From assembly GCA_964202905.1 (NCBI GenBank), contig CAXNJO010000003.1, positions 448,001 to 512,000 on the forward strand: DNA of 64,000 nt, written 5' to 3'. The DNA is from Polyangiales bacterium (GTDB lineage Bacteria > Myxococcota_A > Polyangia > Polyangiales > JADJQN01). This document shows, piece by piece, positions 30,993-40,290 of this stretch. Below the pieces are notes generated by a model. The model saw only the letters and a program-made list of their open reading frames with translations. It searched no databases and was not told the origin of the DNA. The number at the start of each line of letters is the position of its first letter. The first letter of the stretch is position 1. The translations under genes and the position numbers were made by a program.

Positions 30993-31556
30993 TTGCGTCC
31001 CCGCACCCGCGCCCGCCGGGGCCTCGTCGCCCTCGCCTGCCTCGTCCCCGCGCTCGCCGGGTGCGGCGGCGCCACGTACGCCGGCGGCGAGTACCGCGAC
31101 GGGCCGGTCGCCTTCCGCGTCGCCGAGCTGCCCGCCCCCTGGGCGCGCGTCGCGGTGGGCACGCACAACGACCTCGCGTGGTCGCACGCGGGGCTCGCGG
31201 CCGTCGTGCAGGTCAACGCCGTCTGCGATCAGCCCGATCAGGACGTGCCCCTGCACGCGCTCACGCGGCACCTGCTCAACGGGTTCACCGGCTACACCTA
31301 CCCGCCGACCGAGCCAGCGGATCTGCAGCTCGTCCCCCTCGACGGCCGCGAGGCCCAGCGCACGCACGTCGTCGCGCGGCTCGACGGCGTCCCGCGTGAG
31401 CTGCTGCTCGTCGTGCTCAAGAAGGACGACTGCGTCTACGACCTCGCGCTCGTCGCGCCGCCCGGCGCGCGGTACGAGGCGGCGCGCCCCGCCTTCGAGG
31501 CGCTGGTCGCGGGCTTCCACGCGACGCCCCGCGACGCATCCCGGGGGGAGCGGTGA
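30993..31556 (+). CDS. Hypothetical lipoprotein
   Basis: Lipobox LAGC; VVLKKDDCVYDL; stop overlaps mlaE start (GTGA); TTG start inferred. Confidence 0.7.
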   Translation: MRPRTRARRGLVALACLVPALAGCGGATYAGGEYRDGPVAFRVAELPAPWARVAVGTHNDLAWSHAGLAAVVQVNAVCDQPDQDVPLHALTRHLLNGFTGYTYPPTEPADLQLVPLDGREAQRTHVVARLDGVPRELLLVVLKKDDCVYDLALVAPPGARYEAARPAFEALVAGFHATPRDASRGER

Positions 31557-32335
31557 GCGGCGCGGCGGGCACGCGCCGACCGGGTCAGCGGCTCGCCACG
31601 TTCTTCGAGACGTTCGGCGCGGTGACGGTGCTCACGGGGCGCGCGGTCCGCTCGCTCTTCACGACGCGACTCGAGTTCCGCGCGCTCGTCTACCAGATCG
31701 AGCAGGTCGGCGTGCGGTCGCTCGGGATCGGCGCGGCGACGGCGATCTTCGTCGGCATCGTGATGGCCATCCAGTTCGCGTTTTCGCTCGAGAAATACGG
31801 CGCGAAGGACACGATCGGCCGCATCGTCGCCCTCTCCGAGGTGCGCGAGCTCGCGCCTTCGCTGACGGCCCTCGTCGTCGGCTGCCGCGTCGGCGCCGGC
31901 ATGGCCGCGGAGCTCGGCTCGATGGCCGTCACCGAGCAGATCGACGCGATCCGCGCGCTCGGTGCGGACCCGATCCGCAAACTGGTCGTGCCGCGCGTGC
32001 TCGCGGGCATCGTGGTGACGCCGCTCATCACCTGCTTCGCGCTCGTGCTCGGCGTGGGCGCCGCGCTCGTCGTCTCGGCGACGTCGTTCCAGATCCCGCC
32101 CGCGTTCTTCCTCTCCTCGGCGCTCGACGCCATCACCCTGCGCGACTTCTGGGCGGGCATCGGCAAGACGCCGGTCTTCGGCTACCTGATGACGATGATC
32201 GGCTGCTACTACGGGATGCACACCACCGGTGGCACCGAGGGCGTCGGCCGCAGCACGACGACCGCCGTGGTCGTCGTCGCGATCGCGATCCTGATCGCCG
32301 ACGCGCTGCTCACGCAGGTCTTCGTCAGCCTATGA
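31553..32335 (+). CDS. mlaE: MlaE family ABC permease
   Basis: RELAPSLTALVVGCRVGAGMAAELGSMAVTEQIDAIRALGADP..LVVPR; GGTEGVGRSTT. Confidence 0.92.
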   Translation: MSGAAGTRRPGQRLATFFETFGAVTVLTGRAVRSLFTTRLEFRALVYQIEQVGVRSLGIGAATAIFVGIVMAIQFAFSLEKYGAKDTIGRIVALSEVRELAPSLTALVVGCRVGAGMAAELGSMAVTEQIDAIRALGADPIRKLVVPRVLAGIVVTPLITCFALVLGVGAALVVSATSFQIPPAFFLSSALDAITLRDFWAGIGKTPVFGYLMTMIGCYYGMHTTGGTEGVGRSTTTAVVVVAIAILIADALLTQVFVSL

Positions 32336-32700
32336 GCCCGCCGGCGCGCGCCCCGCGGCTCGGCGCAGCGGCGATCGCGGTCGGCGCGGCGCTTGCGGCG
32401 GGCCTCGCCGCGATGCTGATCCACGCGCGCGCAGGGCGGGCCGAGGCCGATCGACCGGCGGCACGGCAGGCCCGGGCGGCGATCGTCGGGCTGACGGGGA
32501 GCCCCGATCTCGCGCTCTCCTCGGCCTCGCGCTGGCTGCGGCACCCCTCGCTCAGCGAGCCGGGCGCCGCGTTCGCGGACGCCCCCGCGATGCCCGACAC
32601 CGATCCGGCGGGCGCCGCGATCGCCGCCCCGCGCGCGCTGTTCCACGGCGCCGCGCGCGAGCGCCTCACGGTGCGCCGCGCACACGGGGCGCCGCGATGA
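32332..32700 (+). CDS. Small hypothetical membrane-anchored protein
   Basis: ATGA overlaps at both ends; N-terminal TM; LTGSPDLALSSASRWLRHPSL. Confidence 0.65.
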   Translation: MSPPARAPRLGAAAIAVGAALAAGLAAMLIHARAGRAEADRPAARQARAAIVGLTGSPDLALSSASRWLRHPSLSEPGAAFADAPAMPDTDPAGAAIAAPRALFHGAARERLTVRRAHGAPR

Positions 32701-33875
32701 AGCGACACCGCGCGCTCCTCGCGCACGCGCTCGGCGCGCTCGTGCGGCGGCGCGGGCGCAACGCGGCGGTCGCGGTGGGCCTCGCGCTCGTGGTCGCGCT
32801 CTTCACGGCGGTGCTCTTCCTCGGGGACGCGCTCCGCGCCGAGGTCGAGGCCGGCGCGCGGCACGTGCCGGACCTCGCCGTGCAGCGCCTGGTCGCCGGG
32901 CGCCCCGCGCTCGTCCCGACGGACGCGGCCCGCGCGGTGGCGGCGATCCCCGGCGTGCGCACCGTGACGCCGCGCGTCTGGGGCTACCTCTACGCGCCGC
33001 CGATCTCCGCCAACGTGACCGTGCTCGGCGCGACGGGCCGCGAGGCGCTCCCGCCCGCGGTCGTGGCGGGGCGCGCGCTGCGGCCGGGGGAGCGCGGCGC
33101 GTGCGTGCTCGGCGCGGCGCTCGCCGACGCGCTCGGCGTGCGCGTGGGCGACGAGATCGCGCTCGCCGGGAACGCGGGCGCCGACGCGGTGCGCGTGCTG
33201 CGCGTGGTCGGCACGTTCCACGACGCGAGCGCGCTCCGCACCGCGGATCTGCTCGTGACGAGCGACACCGACGCGCGCGCCCTGCTCGGCGTCGCCGAGG
33301 GCTTCGTCACCGACCTCGCCGTCGCGCTCAGCACGCCCGACGAGGCGCGCGTCGCGACGGACAAGATCGCGCGCCTGATCCCGGGCGCGCGCGTCGTCGA
33401 CAAACAGCGGCTGCGGCGTGCGTACGCGCTCACGCTCGACGGCCGCAGCGGGCTGCTCACGGCCGCGCTCCTGCCCGCGCTCGCCGCGCTGCTCCTGCTC
33501 GCGTGGGACCGCCTCACCGGGCTCTCGGAGGCCGAGCGCCGCGAGCTCGGGGTGCTGAAGGCCGTGGGCTGGGAGGTGCGCGACGTGCTCACCGCACGGC
33601 TCTGGGAGTCGGCGCTCGTGGCCTTCGCCGGGGCGACGGTCGGCGTGCTCGTCGCGTACGTCTACGTGTTCGTCGCGCAGGCCCCGGGGCTCGCGGGGGC
33701 CCTCTTCGGGTGGAGCGCGCTCCATCCGCCGCTCCGCCTCACGCCGCAGGTCGACGCCGCGCAGACGCTCGCGCTCGTCGCGGGCGTCGCCGTGCCCTTC
33801 ATCGCGGTCGGCCTCGTGCCCGCCTGGCGCGCGGCGACGCTCGATCCGGATCGCGCGCTGCGGGGGCAGGCGTGA
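32697..33875 (+). CDS. ABC transporter permease, FtsX/MacB (LolC/E-like) family
   Basis: N-terminal TM, periplasmic domain, ERRELGVLKAVGW, PAWRAATLDP. Confidence 0.9.
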   Translation: MKRHRALLAHALGALVRRRGRNAAVAVGLALVVALFTAVLFLGDALRAEVEAGARHVPDLAVQRLVAGRPALVPTDAARAVAAIPGVRTVTPRVWGYLYAPPISANVTVLGATGREALPPAVVAGRALRPGERGACVLGAALADALGVRVGDEIALAGNAGADAVRVLRVVGTFHDASALRTADLLVTSDTDARALLGVAEGFVTDLAVALSTPDEARVATDKIARLIPGARVVDKQRLRRAYALTLDGRSGLLTAALLPALAALLLLAWDRLTGLSEAERRELGVLKAVGWEVRDVLTARLWESALVAFAGATVGVLVAYVYVFVAQAPGLAGALFGWSALHPPLRLTPQVDAAQTLALVAGVAVPFIAVGLVPAWRAATLDPDRALRGQA

Positions 33876-34606
33876 CGCGCGCCCCGTCCGATGCAGCGGC
33901 GCGGCCGGCGATCGACGCGCGCGCGCTCTGCAAGCGCTACGACGACGGGGTGCGCCGCCGCGAGGTCGTGAGCGACGTGACGCTCGCAGTCGCGCCGGGG
34001 ACCCTCTCCGTGCTCCGCGGCCCGAGCGGCTCCGGCAAGACGACGCTGCTCGGCCTGCTCGGCGGGATGATCGCCCCGACGAGCGGCGAAGTGAGCGTCT
34101 GCGGCGAGCCGCTCTCGCGCCTGCGCGATCACCACCGCGCGCGCGCGCGTCGGCGGCTCGTCGGCTTCGTCTTCCAGGATCTCGCGCTGCTGCCGGGCAT
34201 GAGCCTCACGGAGAACGTGCTGCTGCCGCTCGTCCCGGACGGGGGCGCGACACCCGCGCAGCGCGCGTACGCCGAGGCGCTGCTCGCGCGCTTCGAGCTC
34301 GGGGCGCTCGCCGACGCGCGCGTCGAGCGGCTCTCGGGCGGCGAGCGGCAGCGGGGCGCCCTCGCGCGGGCGCTCGTCTGCGCGCCCGCCGTGCTGCTGC
34401 TCGACGAGCCGACCGCGCACCTCGACGGTGCCCGTGTGCGCGACGTCATCGCGCTCCTCGCGGCGCTCCGCGACGAGGGCCGCACCATCGTCGCGACCAC
34501 GCACGACCCGCGCCTCGCGGACGACCCGCGCATCGACCGCGTGCTCGACCTCGCCGATGGGCGGCTCGTCGGCGACGCCCCCCGCGGCCCCGCAACCCCC
34601 GATTGA
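33872..34606 (+). CDS. ABC transporter ATP-binding protein (LolD-like)
   Basis: GPSGSGKT, GFVFQ, LSGGERQR, LLLDEPT, TTHD. Confidence 0.93.
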   Translation: MTRAPSDAAARPAIDARALCKRYDDGVRRREVVSDVTLAVAPGTLSVLRGPSGSGKTTLLGLLGGMIAPTSGEVSVCGEPLSRLRDHHRARARRRLVGFVFQDLALLPGMSLTENVLLPLVPDGGATPAQRAYAEALLARFELGALADARVERLSGGERQRGALARALVCAPAVLLLDEPTAHLDGARVRDVIALLAALRDEGRTIVATTHDPRLADDPRIDRVLDLADGRLVGDAPRGPATPD

Positions 34607-34658
34607 ACCGCGACGTCGCGACGCGAACCGCCGTGGCGCCCGCGCGCGGCGACGGCGA

Positions 34659-35735
34659 TCAGCCGCGCAGGGACGCGACGACGCGGAGGACGTTGCCGCC
34701 GAGGATCTTGCGGATGCGCTCGGGTCCGTAGCCGCGCTCGAGCATGAGCGCGACGAGGCGCGGCAGCTCGAGACAGGTCGGCATGTCGCGCGGCGTGACG
34801 ATCGCGCCGTCCCAGTCGCTGCCGAGCGAGACGTGATCGTCGGAGGTCAAACGAATCACGTGGTCGAGGTGATCGACGATGCGCGCCGCGCGCCGACCCT
34901 CGCTCCCGCGCCCGAGGAAGCTCGCCTGGTACATGATGCCGATGGTCCCGCCGCGGTCGGCGATCGCGCGGACCTGATCGTCGTCGAGGTTGCGCCAGTG
35001 CGGGTGCACGCCCGCGATCCCGGTGTGCGTGACGATCGGCGCGATCGTGCGGTCGTGCACCGCGAGCGCGTCCCAGAAGCCCCTCTTGCTGATGTGCGCG
35101 AGGTCGACGAAGACCTTCCGCGCGTTCAGGGCCTCGACGAGGGCACGCCCCGCGTCGGTGAGCCCGGTGTCGCCGGGGCCACGCAGCGGCGAGCTGGTCG
35201 CGCCGAGCCCCGAGTTCGAGAGATGCACGAGCGTCACGCGCAGGATGGCGCCCGGCGGGAGGCGATCGAGCGCGCCGACGTCCCCGTCGAGCGCGTTGCC
35301 GCCCTGGATGCCGAGGAAGGCGCCGTGCTTGCCGGCGGCGCGCGCCGCGCGGTACTCGCGCACGTTCGTCACGAGCGCGAGGTCCTCGGGTGCGCGCGCG
35401 ACGAGCGCGCTCAGCGCGCGCACGTTCTCGACGAGCGCGTGGGGGCGGCTGCCCGTCGGGCGGAGCGGGTTGGTCGTGACGACCCAGACCGCGCCGCCGA
35501 TCGCCGCCTCGCGGATCCGCGGGAAGTCGACCTGCCCGAGGATGCGCGCCCCGAAGGGCCCCGTCCCGTGGCGACGCGTCAGGTCGTAGCCGAAGACGCG
35601 ATGCCAGATGAACGTGTCGACGTGGAGGTCGATCACCTCGCTCGCGAGGTAGAGCTCGACGGCCTCCCGCGGGATGCCGAGCGCGCGCGCCCAGGCCCCC
35701 GGATCGACGTGGTGATCGGTGAAGGCGAGTCGCAC
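34659..35735 (-). CDS. Membrane dipeptidase (peptidase M19)
   Basis: IDLHVD, GQVDFPR, TLVH, VDLAH, THTG, WRNLDD, HVSLGSDWDG, KILGGN; GTG start inferred. Confidence 0.88.
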   Translation of the reverse strand: MRLAFTDHHVDPGAWARALGIPREAVELYLASEVIDLHVDTFIWHRVFGYDLTRRHGTGPFGARILGQVDFPRIREAAIGGAVWVVTTNPLRPTGSRPHALVENVRALSALVARAPEDLALVTNVREYRAARAAGKHGAFLGIQGGNALDGDVGALDRLPPGAILRVTLVHLSNSGLGATSSPLRGPGDTGLTDAGRALVEALNARKVFVDLAHISKRGFWDALAVHDRTIAPIVTHTGIAGVHPHWRNLDDDQVRAIADRGGTIGIMYQASFLGRGSEGRRAARIVDHLDHVIRLTSDDHVSLGSDWDGAIVTPRDMPTCLELPRLVALMLERGYGPERIRKILGGNVLRVVASLRG

Positions 35736-35746
35736 CGCGGGGCGCC

Positions 35747-37762
35747 TCAGCCGAGGATCGGCGTGCAGAGGCCCGCGACGTCGACGCTGAACACGCGCGG
35801 CGCGCTGCGCCGATCGTCGGTGCTCAAACGGATCTCGACCTGCAGGAACCGTCGCTCGGGGATGGGGCCGGGTGCCTCGGTGAGATCGACGGGCGAGCCG
35901 GCGAAGGGGCCGATCCACGTCTCGAGCTCGAGGCCCGCGAGGCTGTCGGCGGCGCGCACCCAGATCTCGACGCGCGTGCCCGGCGGCGTCTCGGCGCGGA
36001 AGCGCGCGCCGAGCCAGCGGTTGCGGCCGCCGGCGCAGCCCTCCTCGACGAAGCGGTAGCGGCCGCGCGGCTCCGCGAAGGTGTTGAGGCCGAAGCCGAT
36101 GAAGTCGCTGTACGTGTACGGCGTGAGCCCGACGGGATGCTCGATCCACGTCCCCGCGGCCGGATCGAAGCGCGCCGCCGAGTTCGTGCCCTGACAGATC
36201 GCCCACACCGAGCCGTCGAAGGAGACGCCGACGCCCACCGGCCCCGTGCCCGTCGGCATCGTGTGCGTCGCGACGAAGCCCATCGTCGCGAGGTCGTACT
36301 GCACGATGCGGTTGGAGAGCCCGCCGCCGAAGCCCGCCGTGTTGTGGCTGAGCCCCACCCAGAGGCTCGTCTCGTCGGCCGCGACGCCGCGCGTCGTGCC
36401 GCCGCCGGGCACCGTGTACTGCTCCCAGGTGTCGGTCGCGATGTCGTAGCGGAGCAGGTTCGGCTCGGAATCGCTGTTCGCTACGATCACGTGGCCACGA
36501 CCATCGACGGTGATGCCATACGTACCGACCGGCTGCCCACCCGGCAGCGGCGAGGCCATGCGCCAGGCGCCGCTCGCGTCGAGGTAGCCGAGCAGGTCGC
36601 GCACGCTCGAGCGATCGCCCATCCAGATGCGGCCGTCGGCGTCCGCGGAGGCGCCGTACGGACGAAACGGCCGCCCCGCCGAAGAGAGCGGCGTGCACGC
36701 CACCGTCGCGCCCGTGCGCGGGTTGAGGCGACACGCCTGCGCCGCGTTGTAGAGCCCGACCCAGACGTCGCCGATGACGTCGTCCGCGGGCGCGAGGCCG
36801 ATCGTGAGCGCGCGCGGCACGCCGTCGTTGCCGCCGACGGGCACCGTCCAGAGGATGCACTCGTCGTCGTGGCCGATGTACTCGCCGGGCGCGCTCAGCG
36901 AGATCGCGCCGTCGCCGTCGAGGTCGCGGCTCGTGTCGATCACGCCGTTCGCGTTGCGGTCGACGCAGTCGCTCTCGCGGTTCGCGTACTTGGTGACGCT
37001 GCCCTGGTTGCCGAAGGCGCGGTTCGCGACGTACGCGTCGAAGTTCTGATCGACCGCGGTGCGCGAGGGGCAGTTGCCGATCTCCGGCAGGCCCAGCGCG
37101 GCGTTCGCGCCGAAGCTGCACCGCTCGCCCCAGGGCCGCGCGCGGTTCGTCGCGTCGGGGCGCGCGCTCGGGTAGCGCGCGAGCTCCGTGTTCGTGCGCG
37201 AGTCGAGCTTCGACACGGTGGACTCGTCCTGATTGGCGACCCACACCGCGAAGGAGCGCGACTCCGTGCGGCCGAGCGTGAGGGCGCCCTCGGCGTCCAC
37301 GATCACGCCCTCCGCGTTCTCCGGCGTCGGCATCCAGCCCGCCATGCCGGGCGTCGCGGAGACGGTGCAGCCCGGCTCGCAGAGCGTGCAGACGTCGGCG
37401 AAGCCCTCATCCGTCTCGCCGTCGCAGTCGTTGTCGACGGTGTCGCAGACCTCGTCCCCGCCGCGCTGCGCGCTCGTGTCGTCGCAGTCCGGGCCCGCGG
37501 CGCAGCCCTCGCCGCGACCGTCGCCGTCGCCGTCGCTGCAGCCGTCGCCGAGGTCCTGTCCGCCGAGATCGGGGGCGCCGGCGTCGGGCCGCGCGACACA
37601 GCGCCGATCGCGGCAGGTCTCGCTCGCGGGGCAGTCCGCGCTCGACACGCACGCCCCCGGCGCCGGGGGCGTCGGAGAGCCTCCGCAGTCGCACGCGCCA
37701 AGCCCGAGCACCCCGAACAGGAAGACGAGCACGCGGGCGGAGCGGGAGCGGCTTGGCATCAT
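35747..37762 (-). CDS. Cys-rich lipoprotein with beta-propeller (Vgb-lyase-like) repeats
   Basis: LGACDC lipobox, EVCDTVDNDCDGETDEG, VWVAN..TVSKLD, PSRTAVD, YGITVD, PYTYSDFIG. Confidence 0.75.
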   Translation of the reverse strand: MMPSRSRSARVLVFLFGVLGLGACDCGGSPTPPAPGACVSSADCPASETCRDRRCVARPDAGAPDLGGQDLGDGCSDGDGDGRGEGCAAGPDCDDTSAQRGGDEVCDTVDNDCDGETDEGFADVCTLCEPGCTVSATPGMAGWMPTPENAEGVIVDAEGALTLGRTESRSFAVWVANQDESTVSKLDSRTNTELARYPSARPDATNRARPWGERCSFGANAALGLPEIGNCPSRTAVDQNFDAYVANRAFGNQGSVTKYANRESDCVDRNANGVIDTSRDLDGDGAISLSAPGEYIGHDDECILWTVPVGGNDGVPRALTIGLAPADDVIGDVWVGLYNAAQACRLNPRTGATVACTPLSSAGRPFRPYGASADADGRIWMGDRSSVRDLLGYLDASGAWRMASPLPGGQPVGTYGITVDGRGHVIVANSDSEPNLLRYDIATDTWEQYTVPGGGTTRGVAADETSLWVGLSHNTAGFGGGLSNRIVQYDLATMGFVATHTMPTGTGPVGVGVSFDGSVWAICQGTNSAARFDPAAGTWIEHPVGLTPYTYSDFIGFGLNTFAEPRGRYRFVEEGCAGGRNRWLGARFRAETPPGTRVEIWVRAADSLAGLELETWIGPFAGSPVDLTEAPGPIPERRFLQVEIRLSTDDRRSAPRVFSVDVAGLCTPILG

Positions 37763-37869
37763 CGCGCTCAGACTAGCGGAGAGGCGCGGCGGCGCGAAGT
37801 GGACGGCGGCACGCAGGACCCGCGCGGTGCGGCGGCGCGCGCGGGGGCGCGTGGTAGATCCCCGGTGTC

Positions 37870-38907
37870 GTGGCGACGAACGTCCTGCACCCGCTGCTGC
37901 TGCTCCGGCTCGTGGCCGCGGTCGTGGTGGCCGCGCTCGTGATCGCCGGGACGCGGGTCGGCTGGCAGGTGCTCGCGCGCTGGCACGTCGCGCAGGCGAG
38001 CGAGGGGCAGTTGATCCTCGAGCGGCGCGCGGAGCTCGTCGCGACGCTCGTGCAGGGCGCGCTCGGCGCGACGGTCGCGGGGCTCGTGCTCACGGTGCTC
38101 ACCGCCGATCGGCTCGCGCCGTCGATCCGCGGCGCGATGTGCGCGTACGGCGTGTTCGGCTCGACGGCGACGGGCTTCGTCGCGCTCGCGACGAGCGCCG
38201 CCTCCGCCGCGGCGTGCGCGCTCTGGGTCGTGCTGCACCGGCTCGACCTGCGCCTCGCGACGCCGGCGCTCACGCGCCGGAAGTTCACCGCGCTGCTGCT
38301 GCTCGCGCCGCTCGTGCTCGCGGACCTCGTCGCGCAGCTGCGCTTCGTGCTCGAGCTCGACTTCACCGTGGTCGCGTCGTGCTGTTCGACCTCGCTCGAC
38401 GGCGCCGCCGCCGTCGTCGAACGCGCCGCACCCGCGGGCGCGCGCTCCCTCGCGACGGGCGTCGCGCTCACGGCGGCCCTCGGCGCGGCGGGCGCGGCCC
38501 TCCTCACGCGCAGGGCCCCCAGGGCGGGCGCGGCGTGGGCGGGCGGCGCGCTCTCGCTCCTCGCTGCGGCGGCCGCGGTGCCCGCCGTGCTCTGGGTCGT
38601 CGCGCCCTACGCGTACGAGTCGCCGCACCACCTCTGCCCGTTCTGTCTGCTCCGCGCCGAGGCCGCGGGGCTCGGCTGGCCGCTCTTCGCCGCGCTCTTC
38701 GCGGGCACGGTGCTCGGCAGCGCGCTCGCGCTCGTCGAGTCACAGAAGCGCGCACCCGGCGCGGCCGTCGAGGGCGCGGCCCTGCAACGCGGGCTCGCGG
38801 GCTGGGCGGCCGGGGCCTGGCTGCTCGCCGTCGCGCTCGCGGCGACACCGGTCGTGCGCTACCTGCTGCGCACGGGCGGTGCCTCGCTCTTCGGAGACCA
38901 CGGATGA
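37870..38907 (+). CDS. Polytopic membrane protein with GAMC, SCC and HHLCPFC motifs
   Basis: About 8 TM; stop overlaps NosL-like gene start (ATGA). Confidence 0.78.
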   Translation: MATNVLHPLLLLRLVAAVVVAALVIAGTRVGWQVLARWHVAQASEGQLILERRAELVATLVQGALGATVAGLVLTVLTADRLAPSIRGAMCAYGVFGSTATGFVALATSAASAAACALWVVLHRLDLRLATPALTRRKFTALLLLAPLVLADLVAQLRFVLELDFTVVASCCSTSLDGAAAVVERAAPAGARSLATGVALTAALGAAGAALLTRRAPRAGAAWAGGALSLLAAAAAVPAVLWVVAPYAYESPHHLCPFCLLRAEAAGLGWPLFAALFAGTVLGSALALVESQKRAPGAAVEGAALQRGLAGWAAGAWLLAVALAATPVVRYLLRTGGASLFGDHG

Positions 38908-39365
38908 CGAACGCCCTCCCGCGCCGCAGCCTGATTTTCGCTTTTTTTTCAGGCGTTTTCGCCCTCTTCGTCGCGGGCGCGTGCAACCGCGAGGAGCGCC
39001 CACGCTGCGAGCGCTGCGGGATGTTCGTCGACGCGCAGCCGCGCTGGCGGGCGGGCGCCGTCGCCGCGGGCGGGCGGGCGGTGCACTTCGACGCGCCGCG
39101 CTGCCTCTTCGCGTGGCTGCGCTCGGACGCCGCGCGCGGCAGCGAGGCGCCCTGGGTCACGGAGTACTACGCGCAGCGCCGGCGCCCCGCCGCCTTCCTC
39201 TGGTACGTCGCGGGCAGCGACGTGACGGGCCCGATGGGCCCCGACCTCATCCCCCTCGACGACGAGGCGGCCGCGCAGCGCTTCCGCGAGGAGCACCGCG
39301 GCACGCGGGTCCTGCGCTTCGACGCGATCGACGCCGCGACGCTCGACGCGCTCGACGCGCGCTGA
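38904..39365 (+). CDS. nosL: NosL family metal-binding lipoprotein
   Basis: AGAC lipobox, CERCGM, FDAPRC, YVAGSDVTGPMGPDLIP, AQRFREEH. Confidence 0.85.
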   Translation: MTNALPRRSLIFAFFSGVFALFVAGACNREERPRCERCGMFVDAQPRWRAGAVAAGGRAVHFDAPRCLFAWLRSDAARGSEAPWVTEYYAQRRRPAAFLWYVAGSDVTGPMGPDLIPLDDEAAAQRFREEHRGTRVLRFDAIDAATLDALDAR

Positions 39366-39374
39366 GGAGCCCGC

Positions 39375-40290
39375 GTGCGCCGACGACACCTCGCCCTCGT
39401 GCTCGTTCTCGCGCTCGGCCCGCCGACGGCGCCGCGGCACGCGCGGGCCGGGGACTTCTGGGAGCAGGTCCGCTCGCCCGGCGTGCGGGCCTATCGACGG
39501 CGGGTCGAGGAGGGTCGCGCCGCGCTCCGTGAAGGCCGCGCCGAGGATGCGCTCGCCGCCGCAGACGCCGCGATCGCCCTGCGTCCGGACGCGGCCCCGG
39601 CGCACGCGCTGCGGGCGCTCGCGTCCATCGGCACGGGGGGACCGGGCGACCCGCGCGCGCTTGACGCCGTGCGACGGGCCGCCGCCGCCGATCCCGCCGC
39701 GTTCGACGCGCCCGACGAAGCCGAGGCCGCCGCCCGCGCCGCCGCGCTCGGAGGCGAACCCGCGCTCGGCGCGACGCTGCTCGCGCGCGCCGTCGCGCGG
39801 CTCGCCGGCGCACGCTCCGCACCGCGCGCGCCTCTACGTGCTGCTCGGCGATCTGCGGCTCGCCGCGGGCCCTGGCGTCGAGGCGGCCACGGCGACGGAC
39901 GCGCTGCGCACGGCGATCCGCGCCTTCCGCGAGGGCCTCTCGCACCCCGCCACGCAGACGCGCGCGCGCCTCGGGCTCGCGCTCGCCCTGCGCCGCGCGG
40001 GACAGCTCGAGGAGGCGCGTGTCGTCGCGCGGGAAGTCCTCGTGCAGGGCGGGTTGGTGGAGCAGGTCTTCGGGGCCGATCGCCCCCTGCTGCCGCCGAC
40101 GGAGCTCACCGCGCGCGCGGCGGTCGCGCTCGAAGCGCTCGGCGACCGCGAAGGGGCCCGCGAGCGCTGGCGACGCGCGGCGGAGGACGGCCCCTGGCAG
40201 GCCCACGCCCTCGCGGAGGCCGACGCCCCCGCCATGCCGACGCCGACACGCCCGCCGCGCAGGCCCGCACGCCGCGGAACGACGCCGTGA
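39375..40290 (+). CDS. Secreted TPR protein (frameshift near 39804)
   Basis: Signal peptide and TPR-like helices in frame 39375, continuing HRARLYVLLGDL..ARLGLALAL in frame 39529. Confidence 0.65.
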
